DNA of 64,000 nucleotides from Ptychomitrium polyphyllum. Its lineage: Eukaryota. Positions 34,601 through 46,961 of this stretch are shown one piece after another; position 1 is the stretch's first letter; each line of letters begins with the position of its first letter. The notes beneath the pieces are model-generated. The model was not told the origin of the DNA, ran no database searches, and saw only the letters and a program-made list of their open reading frames with translations. The stretch lies in the NCBI GenBank assembly GCA_973851085.1, contig OZ316775.1, positions 21,080,001-21,144,000 of the forward strand. The letters are read 5' to 3'. The translations under genes and the position numbers were made by a program.

Positions 34601-36287
34601 CGCTAGGGGTGGAGGGTGGGGTGTGTGTATGTTTTTGGTTGTTCGCAGGTTGGGAAGGAGGGCGATGGTTGCTTAGGTTGTCTTGTAAGGGAATCATCAT
34701 GGTGTTGGACATGGAGCGAGGATTGCTGGGGAGCGTTGTTGAGGTTGTCCAGGTAGACGAGGAGGCCATCACTCTCCGTGCACGTTGCTGGATACTAGAG
34801 AGCTCAGTTTTTGTGGGATGCTAGTGTGGGATCAGTTGGGGACATGGGGGTTCTCTGTTTTGGATCCCCTTTTGGTATTGTGTGTGTTTGCAGAGCATGC
34901 TAGGTTGGAGTTTGGTGTGGTTGAAGGATTTTTCTTCTCAGGGAAAACAGTTGGGCAGGCACTTTGAGTTTGGTTCTGGGAACTTGGAAAATGTTGTGGT
35001 GAGTGGAGTTGAATTCCCATGTCTGAGCTGAATATTTTAACGTTTGGTCACGTGGGAGTGAGTTAGCTGGGAGGTTTTCTTCTGAGTTTGAGTTTCGGAG
35101 AAAGGAAATCGTTGCCTTTGTGGTCTTGGGGCTGAAGAGTAGTGGCTGTGTCGAGGGTTAGTCACCAGGATGATTTTCATACCAATTTAGGGGATTTTGT
35201 GATTGCTGATGTCTTCTGTGATTGTCTGTAATCTAGAGTTTGCTTTGTGCAGATGCAAGTTGTTTTCTTGTATCGGGTTTTCAATTTGCAAGCGACAAAC
35301 TCTCACTTGGACAAAAATTCATTGTCCTTTAAATTTTTAGAGATTGCATTACGGTGGTTGTGGGCTCTAAAAAGAGACGAATACCTGTTGTGGAGTTTAT
35401 GGAGCTCAGTTAAGTAATTTGAATTTTAGGTTCTGTGGGTCATTGGAAATATGTGAAATAGCATTGAAATGGTCTGAAAATTTAGTTCTAGGTCGTTTTT
35501 ATTATTCTGTTGATTGAGGTCGATTCTTTGATGAGTACGTAGAATTATATCTCGCCAATTAGCCTTTTGATGGGTTTTTGGGGAATTTGTTACAGGCCGG
35601 ACTATTGAATTGGGTGATATGTTATTTCTGTAAAAGTGGATCTTCCTTTGAGCCGATAAGCGTACCTTTTTGCATCTGATTTTAGAGTCTTCTCGAGTAG
35701 GGGTTAGAACGTTGGGTCATGCAACAGAAGAGCTTGTTGCCTAATCCTCCTGTGAATGGATAATTTGTATAGTGAAGTCCATACTAGTTGCGAACGCAAG
35801 AAAGTTGCAAATGGTTAGTAAATCATACTGTACTTCACTTATCATTGTGGACCATAGTATATGTATTGCCCGTAGTTCAGAAACGTAGCAAGTGATACAG
35901 ACGTTTGGTTAGCACTCAATTCGGGGCTTGCTTTCACTAATCTACATCAGGTGTTGCGTCCTCTGTACTAGATGGTGCATAATGAAGCCATGGCTTGTCG
36001 AATATTCATCATGCAGCTTACAGCCATTTCTGACGTCCCTTTGGTTGCTGTTTTGTGTATACAGGCATTGGACTGAGCTTATGATTGGTTCTATGGTGTA
36101 CACGTGCAACGAACGATCTGTCATAGCCATGTATCCAGTAGCGACTGGATCTTTTCTCTACCACTGGATTTTGGAATAGCCGAAGCTTCTGCGTTTTCTC
36201 AATAGTCATACGTGATCAATTAGTTCAACACATTTACTTCATATAGCCAGGCTTGGGCAGATCCTCTCAACAAGAGGGTTGGTAATC

Positions 36288-37791
36288 ATGGCCCAATGTG
36301 TGGGTGCCATTTGGTGCCAGGGCAGCCTACAAGGCCAATTATCTTGCGGACTCTCTATTGCCAAAGCAAATGTCCTATCTAGTGTTACTGTCTCTCCTTT
36401 TTTGCCACGAACAGCTTGGGAAGAGATGATGGTGCCTCGATTTTATGCTGAAGGGACAACGGAGAATCTCAGGACTACAACTTCTCCGGCAGTCATTTGC
36501 TTTAGAGATGATGATCCCCCTTTACCAGAATACTTGGTGGAGCGTAACTGGAGCGACATGCGTGGGCGCGCCAATTTAGAGATACGGTACAGCCCGTGGG
36601 CTGCAGAGATGATGAATGGAATTGGAAAAAAGAAAGAGACTGAAATAAAGGAAAACACAGGTGAGCATCTTTTTGATGCTTTATGATCACACTCATTGAT
36701 ACTGAGGTAGCATTGGAGAGAGAATGCATTCCTTGCCATGGACCGAGTTTCTAAATTTTTAAGACTCTAGGGGATATATACATTTAGCTTAACATGTTAA
36801 TGACTTGTAAATGTGCATTGCAAGAAGCAATGCAGATTCACCGCCTGCTATTCTTCCATGTTTAGCAGTAGTGCTTGACTCAATTCCTCCAGCTGACGTC
36901 TATTTTGATTCGGTTGAGCAGGTGGTCCACCTGGCAATGGGAAAGGAGGTGATGGTGGAGACGGTAATGGTGGTGGGGGTGGGGGGGACGACGAAAGCGA
37001 TGATCATATATTTTTGTTGCCAATACTTACGCTAGCATTCGCAGGGTTTCATTTAGGATACTGCATTGCTGTCTGGGTGAAGGACGACAGTCTGAACTTT
37101 GAGTTCTTTCGTACAGGCCTTGCTCTTTTTGCTCTACTTACTGTTTCAGCATTACGTCTCAACGCGTAAGTTCCTCTCTTTCTGGTGCGTGTGCTGCTTG
37201 CATAATGGTTCTTGATATTGTTCGCTCTTTTTCCTAGAAGCTGGAACTTCTGACTACATGAAACTACAAACATGCACCCGATTTTATTTTTATTTTATTT
37301 TAATTTTTCCCCTGTTCCTTTCTTATTCTTCGTCTGATTATGATGATTATTGCATGCAGACGGACAGGCTTAGATGCCTACATTCTTGGACTTGGAGCAT
37401 CTGTGGGTGTTATGGTCTGGACAGGTATGGAATGATCCAAAAAGTTCTGGTCTTTCTATACAGTGATCAATATCTGGAATTTTTGATTGCGATGTGCAAT
37501 TATTGAGAAATTTCGAATGCTTTTTGTAAGTTTGATTGGGGCCTTCAATGGAATTAATGTATGGGTGTCTAGAGTTCTGTTGATATTGGATCTTATTGTT
37601 GAGTTCGACTTCTGGTTTTTGTGTAGCTCTTAATCTGGTTCTCTGTGGCCCATTACAAATCGCTCGCATACTTTGTGTGACCAGGTGAACGGTCTTTAGT
37701 GAAACGAGAGGGAAGTCCAGCAGGTGTCGTGGCGCTTTTTGCAGCATCTATGGCCATAATGTTCACCGCAGCTATCTATCACACATTTTGA
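36288..37791 (+). CDS. Membrane protein, divergent Tmemb_14 / FATTY ACID EXPORT (FAX)-like, probably plastid-targeted; exons 36288-36660, 36922-37165, 37360-37424, 37685-37791
   Basis: Continuous spliced frame: transit-peptide-like N-terminus, Gly-rich linker GGPPGNGKGGDGGDGNGGGGGGDDESDD, then four hydrophobic segments. These start LTLAFAGF and end G-ER..SPAGVVALFAASMAIM, resembling FAX TLAYAAL...G.RY..K..PAGVV..S..M. The gene structure is firmer than the family call. Confidence 0.72.
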
Positions 37792-39229
37792 ACTTGAAGC
37801 AGCAAAGTTGTTCAACGCACTTGAGACACCTCAGGTATTCCATAGAGCTGCAAACTACGTCATTGCAGTATAAATATCGAATTCTGAAGGTTACTGCCTC
37901 CGGAGTTGATATTTATCTGTAGATTAGGAAGTTGGTAAATTCTGGAGTGAGCAGCTCAATTTAGGCCTGAAGGCTGCTGCATAGATATCAGCGGTCATTT
38001 TGAGAGAATGAACACGTTGGAATGTAACCTGGGCAATACCCAGAAGTGAGTCTCTAGAAGTCCAGCTACCTGTCTGGTTCTGATGATGTAAATACACCAG
38101 AATCTGTGGGCTCATGATGCTCCGATGGCGAGTTAGAGGACACGATCAAAGATATGATATTTGTACATACTATTATTCTTGCTACTCAAGGTTCAGGGAG
38201 TATACAATCTGAAATGAAAAGAGCTGAACAGTGGTTTCTTTTTTGTGTCGAATTTGCATCCTTATGTGAGCACCAGTTTTCTTGAAGCTGCAATCTTTGC
38301 TTATCATGGTTCAAGTGTGAATTGCTGAAATCCTCGTCTTCAAATGGTGAGGTGACAATATATGTTGTTACAATCGCACCAATCTGGACCAAGTTCTCTC
38401 TATATTCTCAACCGGACTATTCAACCTCGGTGGCACCATCACTGTCAACACCGTGGTGGCGTCACGGCAACGTAGAACCTGGTGAAAATCGAATCCTGCC
38501 GTATGTTAGGAAGAATCCTTAATGTTAAATTTCCAAGGTAAATCTTGAGGTTGTGTGCAAGAAGAGCCTCTCGACAGCGGTTTGCTACACCGTGAAGAGC
38601 TGTGAATACGGTCAACGTGTCCATTCTCAATTCAGATTGTTCATTCTCGTTACTACAAAATGCATGCGAATCGTTGAACTAAGTATGGGCATTCAAAACA
38701 ACTTTCGTGTACATGACAAACAGAAGCCACGCAGTCTCCGAGCAATTTGCGGTCTCAGAAGTTCACAGCACAAGCTACACTACTAGAAAAATCTCTACAA
38801 ACAACCTGCACAATTCTGTTTGTCTATCTGTGAAGGAAAATGGCAGACTTGCTGCAATTGGCTCAGAAGTTGGCTCAGAAGGCCATGCAAGCCGATTCTC
38901 AAAATTTGCAAATACAAATATAGGTGGGAGACCTTTGATTATAATTACAAAACTTTTGGAGTTTTGCTTGTGTGACCAAGAAGCGCAATTCTTATGTTCG
39001 GTGACGTAACAAGGAAAATAAGTGCTCTTAAGAGTTGTTTTAGATTGTGTGAGTGCACACACTAAGGTATTGGGGCTACAAGATGTGATTGGTAGAGTTA
39101 CTAATGACTTTATAAGATGACTAATTTATGTATTGAATTCTATTTAGTGTTGTATGCGGCCCTTACAATCATTGAAGAATTATTGGGAATAATTGAAAAG
39201 CTATTTCATAGTGTTGCGGCTAAGATTTT

Positions 39230-40150
39230 GGAATGAATGAACTCACAGCTTACAAAGGAGATTGTATTGATAGAACTTATTAATGCTTTCAAATTAATGG
39301 AAGAAAGTTGAGCTCTTGGACTTAGTGGAATTGTTTTCTAATTTTAAGGAGTCCTAAGATCTAATTGGAGCTAATTATTTATTCCAAATAAACCAAGCTA
39401 TTTAATTTGGAGCATTTCAACCTCAAGTTATGTGTGGAATAATTACCTTCCTAGACAAGTCTAAGAATTAACTCTTGTTGGACATATAAAGGCCAATCAC
39501 TCTTTTTAGTTTGACTTCATTAAACCTATGCAAAAATACTTCAAAAGTAATTTCAATTGATGACAAACAAAATTATAAATTTAGATCAAATTGCCATTTT
39601 TCCTTTATATTGCATACTTGGCAATATATTTGTTATCCACAAAAACATCAAATGTCTATGACATCAAAATGACTTCATGGAGATTTTTATTTGTAGCAAT
39701 GGCCAATTTAAGACTTATTAAGTTATTTGTTGATATGCTTAGAATCTTACTAAATGAAGCATAGGCCATAGTAAACTTTAATGCTTCTCCTATTCATGTG
39801 TTTTTAATAATTAGGAGAGCCTAATAAAGGTGCTCCCTTGCTCTCTAATTCTTTTTACCAATAGAAAAAATGTCGAATTTAGTATTCAAAAATTAACTAT
39901 TAAAAGAGAAATTAGAGGCATTAGATAGTGATGATACAATAATCACAATTAGAAGAAAAGAATAAGGCATTACAACTTTGGTTACCTTTTTTAATCAGTT
40001 TAGCATTGCATCAAGGCTAGAAATAAATTGGAGTAAGTTTGCAACTTATTAAACAACAACTTATTGACAACATCCAATCCACCATGGGAGGGGCTTGTTG
40101 TAAGTTTTGTCTCCCTTTACAAGTGAATCCTAAAGATTGGATTGGCATTT
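39230..40150 (+). mobile_element. Heavily decayed L1-type LINE reverse-transcriptase fragment
   Basis: Ordered RT motifs through stops and frameshifts: ELINAFKLMEES*ALGLSG (cf. KAPGPDG), *DLIG, *RPITLF (WRPITLLN), IINLDQIAIFPLYCILGNI (DQxAF..R.ILDN), IIRRA**RCSLA (RGVRQGCPLA), DSDDT (YADDT), FSIASRLEINWSK (ASGL.IN..K). Confidence 0.8.
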
Positions 40151-42296
40151 ATTAAAATCTTATTGCAAAGCTCCCTAAAGTTGTTTTTTAAAACTTGGAA
40201 AATGTTGTCATGCTTACTAGAAATCAAGTCATCATCATGCCACTAAGGTTGTTTTCCATTGTTCAATACACTTGTAATCATTCTAATCCTTGAAAAGGAG
40301 GAGGAAAAAAGAATCCAACTTTCAAACATGTGCACATGACATAACATTCTTTAATTTAGTGTAGATCATTTCTAGGACAATATCATTTGTAATTATAAGT
40401 TTTAGGTAATTGAACATGATCATTGTTAGTAAGAGAAACATGTATTTCAACACACTTTTTAAAGCATATTATTTGGACAACACAAGCATAAATTATGTAT
40501 GTTCAAAACTAAGCATCTTGGTGGCAAAGTCCCTTTATTCCAAGTGATTAAGGTGCTCACTAAAGAATGTTATGGAAGTGAGTTACTACAAGAGACTGCA
40601 AATCCATGTGAAACATCCAAGCTTTTAAAATATGGGTAGTACTGGAGTTTGAAAGCAAATACCAAAGTATTAGATTCTGGACTTGAATAGAAAAATTGCT
40701 TCTGTACATTTCTTGTGAGTTAGTATGTCTTCACAATCAAATCTATGGTACCCTTTGACGCTCTGTTGTCAGATGTACCAAAACGTTTGGTGAGTCTTGT
40801 GGTGCTGAAAGCAGTAGAAATTCATTATCTTTAGCCTTTCATGTTATTTTATTGCCAACTCTTCTCAGCATCAGTTGGATCATTAATCAGAACACTTCTA
40901 GAACAAATTATTTCTCAGAAATAAGATCCAGTGCAATCATTCGTCAAGAACTTCCTGACTTTACACAAACTTTATTTTCAGAGATGGACAAGTTTGAACT
41001 CAGGAGGGTAAACTTGAGTTATTCACCTTTGCACATACACACAAAACTCAAACCCTGTGGCTGGGAAGCTCTGGACTTATCTAAAGAGAAGATTCAAAAA
41101 ATAAGGTCGAAAGACTTGAATATGAAGTTGATTAAATCTTGTAAAAATACATGAGCAACCAAAATTCAAGTTTTGAAAATGTGATATTAATTAAGACTTT
41201 TTTTTTTTGAAAAGTGTATACAAACAGGTAAAGGATCCTAACTTTATATAGGATTAGTGTTAAACTTGATCAATGTTTGATAGGTCATATTTCAACAGAC
41301 GCATATCACCATTATTAATTGTACATCAAAGGAAGCAACCAGTCAAATAACACAGGTTCCAATTAACAGAAATGTCACTTCATAATTATTGCTATTACGT
41401 ACTAAATTTTAATTCTCACAACAAGTGTAGTAAGTTAGTAAGTGTAGTAGTATAGGTATGGTGTAGCCCATACTAACACTTTGGTATTCAAACTCCTGTA
41501 AGTTAATGAATAGTAAAACTATTTCGATTTTGAAAGTTATTTTTATAAAAGTTATTATCAAATAAAAGTGCATTGTAATATTCTTACACTAGTATGGATA
41601 GGTACTAAAAGAATTTATGTGGAAATTGGTGAAAACTTTTACACGGTCTCCTGGTAATTTTTTAATATTTTCACATTCATTCAACAAAACATACTTATTT
41701 TTTTATTATATGTGCAAATTACAAAGATAAATATCCAATCTTTGAAAAAAAAAGGAATTTCAAAAGCACTATGCTATGATAAGAGGTGTTGAAATTATAA
41801 ATATTAATAAAATAATTCAAGTTTCCAAACTTTCCAAAATTTCAAATTGGAATAGAAATTAGACTAATAAACTTTAATACTGATCGAGTTCATGTGAAAA
41901 TTATGTCACAATCCAAATTTAGATTAACATCATAAAACCATCACAAGTCCAAAGTATATTATGTAGTCCATGATTTTTACTACTAAATTTGAACTAAGGA
42001 TCCTTTGTAAATTAGAATTAAAAACTTTTAAAACATTATTTTAACATAAAAATGAAGAGGCAGCTCTCATTGTAAAATCTCAATTTAGTAAAAGTTCAAT
42101 TACTAAAATGTGGATTTGAATAGTCATAGTCAATGAAAATCTTTAAAAAATTTATGGTATGGTTTTAGGAAAATAAGGAAACTTAGTATCTTACATTGAA
42201 ACTGCAAGTTTAGTCACAACATGGATTCATTAACCTGGAGAGATTGCATCTAGCACCTGCTACAAAGGTTAGCCCTGATCATTGAGCCTCACCGGC

Positions 42297-42398
42297 AGGG
42301 ATGGAGGTTGAGGGATGGAGGTTGAGGGATGGAGGTTGAGGGATGGAGGTTGAGGGATGGAGGTTGAGGGATGGAGGTTGAGGGATGGAGGTTGAGGG
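42297..42398. repeat. Perfect minisatellite (AGGGATGGAGGTTG)x7 plus partial copy
   Basis: Seven identical 14-bp units, read directly. Confidence 0.97.
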
Positions 42399-42713
42399 AG
42401 TGACTTGAAAGGTGAACGAAGACTCCATAGTGTGGTTGCGAGGCCCGTCCCGAACTACAAATGCGAACTATGCCAACGCAGACTCAGACTTAGACTACAG
42501 CAGAAGCTTCAGCGGCAGATCCCAGCCGTTGAGTTTATGTTTACAGGTGCCCTCTCATTGCAGAAGAGGAAGGTAGGACCGCTGAACGGCTGAATCGCTG
42601 GACCAAGCACACAGGCCACTGGACCTCTGCCTTCAAATGAGGGGTATCGGGCACCGTGCTGTGAATTCGCTTCTGGAGTGGGAAGCCAAGGCTTGGCATG
42701 ACCATGTTTCTAT

Positions 42714-42753
42714 CCCTGCTGCCCTGCTACCCTGCTACCCTGCTACCCTGCTC
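42714..42753. repeat. 8-bp tandem repeat (CCCTGCTN)x5
   Basis: ccctgctg ccctgcta ccctgcta ccctgcta ccctgctc. Confidence 0.9.
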
Positions 42754-45700
42754 AAGGTGTAATGATTTTATGGTATCCCTACTGGATTTTATAATATGAA
42801 ACATTTCCAAACCATATCAAGAATGACACCATTTCATGTTATAATTTTTGTATATAAAATCAATGATAAGAAATTTCTAATATTTTTTAAAAATTCCAAA
42901 ATGGATGCCTAAGTTAGAGTAGAAAGTAAAACTTAAACACTTGGACTTTTTTTAGGATCATAATCATAATCTATTGTACACAAGTGGTATACTCTATGGC
43001 ACTCCTTGTTTGGTATGGTTTATATAAATTCATTGGACATGGAATAAATTATTTGAAAGTCAACTTCACAATCCTCACCAAAACTATTTTCTTTTAAGTT
43101 TTCTAAAATTTTGAACTAAAACCTATTCAAAATGTATGTGTAGAATACGACCCACTTGTACATTACAACTAGTCAAAATAACCATTAAATTATTACTATT
43201 TTCCAAAACATTTAAAACTCTCTCCAAATAATCCATATAGAAAATATGGATAGTATATTTGTACAAGCCATGACACTTTAATTTAATGATAACAATAAAC
43301 CAACTTCATGAACTTGTTAATTAAGAAGTTGATAGACTACTTTGGTTCTAAGATTTTTGAAACTTATAATTATTCTTGTTATTAAACTCCAATTAAATTT
43401 TAACACGCTAATTTTTCAATGAAATTTTTTGGACTTTGATTTTGTACTGTTATCACTGTTATAATTTATTTTTTATAAAAAAGCACGAGTTCTTAATTGG
43501 ATCCAATGTTATCAACTTTTAAAAGGAGAAATTTCGAAGAAAAAAAACTACACGTATAGTGGTACCTAAATGCATAAATATCATTATAAAACTATATAAT
43601 TCAATAATTTGTGAACTTAAAGACGATGTGTTATCATAAAAAGAACCAAAGTATAGCCCAACATGGTAAGCTCTCCAATTGATAGTGTTGGACTAAGTTG
43701 ACAGAGCATATAAAAGCAACCTCCATGTCTGTGCTCTTTAGGTTTTTTTGGGTATGACACTAGTGTGAGTTGCAGTTGTGATAATTCAGTGGCAGTCTTT
43801 GTCACCCAGGCAGCTGTATAAAACTGCAAGGAAGCTTGCAAAGTTGCAAGAGGTTGGTAACTTGGTACCACCCCAAGGCTAACCTATAAGGAAAATACTG
43901 AAGCCCACTTCCACCACCACAGTTTACTGTGGTCATGTAAGTTATGTACAAGAGTGTCATGCCTGTTGATCATTGTTGTTCTATATTAGGTAGGTTAGGC
44001 TTGATCTGTATGGTCTGCTTTCTTCAGCTGCCATTCATGATGGCCCTTCTTTAATATACTTCATCATTCAGTTGCAACTTTTGATACTTTGGGTAATAAA
44101 AATAGTCCCAATGCTCCTTTGATCAAATTTCCAGCGTGCTCAGGTAAGATTACACACAACTGTGGCTTTAACAGAATCAAGCACATTTACTCTTACTAGG
44201 ATTCTTCTAAATAACAAATCACATCTATATAGAAAAAATAATAATTTGAATGAACTTTAATATTGATTGTTTGAACATTATATGAATAAATTATGAGTTT
44301 TCAACTAAATGCATAGTCTTAGGAAAGTTACTACTTGTGTTCTAATGTAATCACATGTGTTGAGGATTTTTGGAGGGGTATGAATTTCTAAAAAAATTAT
44401 GTTTTAGTTCAATATTTATAATATGTATTTTATGAATGTTCTAAAAGAATCCTATGTTTTGTAGAATTGAACATTTTATGATTAAAATATGCTATTTTTT
44501 ATTTTTTTGGTTTGAAAACTTAGGAGAAAAATAATTCACTACACCCCATCTTTGTTCTAAGGTTGTTTTCTAATAACTCTAAGAACCTCTTCAAGTGCAT
44601 AAGATGGATTTATTTAATATTTATTTTTACAATATGAAGTTTGAAGGTAGCCTATTGTTGTAATCATTTTTATTGAAATTCTAAGAATTTTTGAGACTTT
44701 GAAAAAGATGGTTATAAATTAGAGATGGCTATGGAATGCTCTACCACTTAATATTAGTAATTTGTTTTACGTTGTTTTTAACCATCTTGATTTTAAAGAC
44801 GTGAAAGAATAAATAATCAAATCCTAATAAAAACTTTAAGTATATAGTCAAATTTTATCCAAATGTTACTTCAATATTGTCATGCCACCATAAAATATCA
44901 TCAAAGTTTTCTATGAATAACACAAAATGGTACAAAATAAATACTTTTTTTTAATTTGTTTTTTAATTCTTTAAATCTTTCATTCATCCATATGATTTAT
45001 TTAATAACACTTTAGAACAAATTCACTTTTAGGTAGCTATCATACATCAACAATAATGAACATTATTTCAAGTTTGCAACAATTTTTTTTTAAAAAAAAA
45101 ACATGCATAATTGCACAAAATTATGAAGATCCTAATGAATGCTTCTTTTGAATTATTCACATGTTTCTTGTGCATTCTTTAAAATAGCCCTAGATTTTGT
45201 TATCTTTCTTCTTATATTTTCTACAATACTATTGAACTTCTTATTGTTGGCAGTGCCCTTCTATTATATATCAAATATTTTTAGCATCCCATTTCTATAC
45301 AACAATGGTACTTAATACAACAAACAATGCAAATTTCTATCAATCTTATATTTCAAAGAATCTATCAAAATAATAAATTCTAAATCAACTTTTTTCTACT
45401 ATCTTTCTAAGGTTAAAAAAAGGATTACATCAAAAACACCATATATTATAAACTACAATAATTATACAAGCTTATAGTAAAATTATTTTTTACATTTAAT
45501 GTGATATTTTTATTTAATTTGAATGTCATTGAATAGCTTTGAAATCTCTTAAAAAATTTATTATTATGATCAATGCTAATTTGATTCTATTACATTTAAT
45601 TACTTATAAAATATAATGATTTTAATATCTTTAATAAATTTTAATATTTTAATATTTTAATAAATAGGCCAATTTATATGGATTTATTGATATAAATCAT

Positions 45701-46909
45701 CATTTCATGATTATTAAAATGAAATTTTATTTTAATAAATGAAAATACAAAAAAAGTAGTTGTTTTTTAATGTATTAGTATGAATAAAAGTTTTTTAAAG
45801 TATAATTTTGATCAATTAACTATGAAGAATTGTAATTAAAAATATTGGAGATGAAATTAAATCTTAAAGTTTAAATTTAATACATTTTCAAGAATATAAA
45901 TAACCTTTCAAGTACTTAATTTTAAATATTATAATAGTTATTTTTTTATAAAAATTCAAATGTGAAATAACACAAATGTCTAAAATTTTCTAATATATAG
46001 ATATAAATTCTTAACTCATCCATATTGAAATACTCTTTTTTTACAATTTTAAAACAAAAAATTATTGATACAAACATCTCATTTGTTTTTTTTTCATTTA
46101 GAGTTTGGTTTTTGTTTCAAGAAAATAATAGAAAGAAGAAGCACAAAGATATTTTCCACTTTAAAACTTTTAATTCATAATATACTATAATCATGAGTAA
46201 ATGTTATACAAGGTTATTTTCTAAATCCACAAATTTGTTATTTGAAAGCTTTTGACAGAAGAAATATTAGTTATAAAAGCATAGCAATTTAGAATACTAT
46301 GGATTAATGGTGTAATTTTGCAAAGGTTAGAAGTTCTATTCTTATTATATGGAAATCCAACATATGATGGATTGAAATTGGAGAGGAAAATATAATGTCA
46401 AAACTTAGTCAAATTTCCAATTTCCAAGGTAACCTAAGTATTTTCGTTGGGCCTCATGTTTTTTCCTACACTTAATTTAGATCTTCTTGTTTGCTTCCAA
46501 ACTTGATTGATGTTTAAACAAATTTATTATATATAAAAGTAAGTGAATGAAAATAATTAGGATTTGAATAAAACCATACTTTTCATGAATTCAAAACATA
46601 TGAAGAAATAATTTTGTTGTCATACAACATTACTTCAAATTAAGGGCATCATTTATATTGCACTATAATAATAATTTTTGAAATTTGGACCACATTTGCA
46701 TCAAAATGAGATCATTGCCATATTTGTTTTAGTAGGAGCTCAAACTAAATGTGCACAAATCTAGTTATATCTGAAATCCACCTAAATATTTTAATATCAT
46801 ACATCATTTTTAAATATATACAAGTGAAAGTGCCTATTAAAAACATGAAATCTAAATATGAGTACTTTTAAATGGAATAATAAGTTCCATTGTGTGGATC
46901 GGGATCTCC

Positions 46910-46961
46910 ATAGCATGCTTGTTGGAGTCCCTTCTTAAATAGCATGCTTGTTGGAGTCCCT
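46910..46961. repeat. 23-bp direct duplication ATAGCATGCTTGTTGGAGTCCCT
   Basis: Two identical copies starting at ~46910 and ~46939. Confidence 0.85.

Noticed and set aside
42297..42398. Regular repeat considered as a CRISPR array or telomeric repeat
   Set aside because: There are no spacers and no cas genes, the context is eukaryotic, and the unit is not TTTAGGG.
42229..42762. TTAA-CCTGGAG ... CTCAAGG-TGTAA as piggyBac-type ends of the GC island
   Set aside because: The inverted match is only ~6/7 bp and the right TTAA is imperfect, which is expected by chance.
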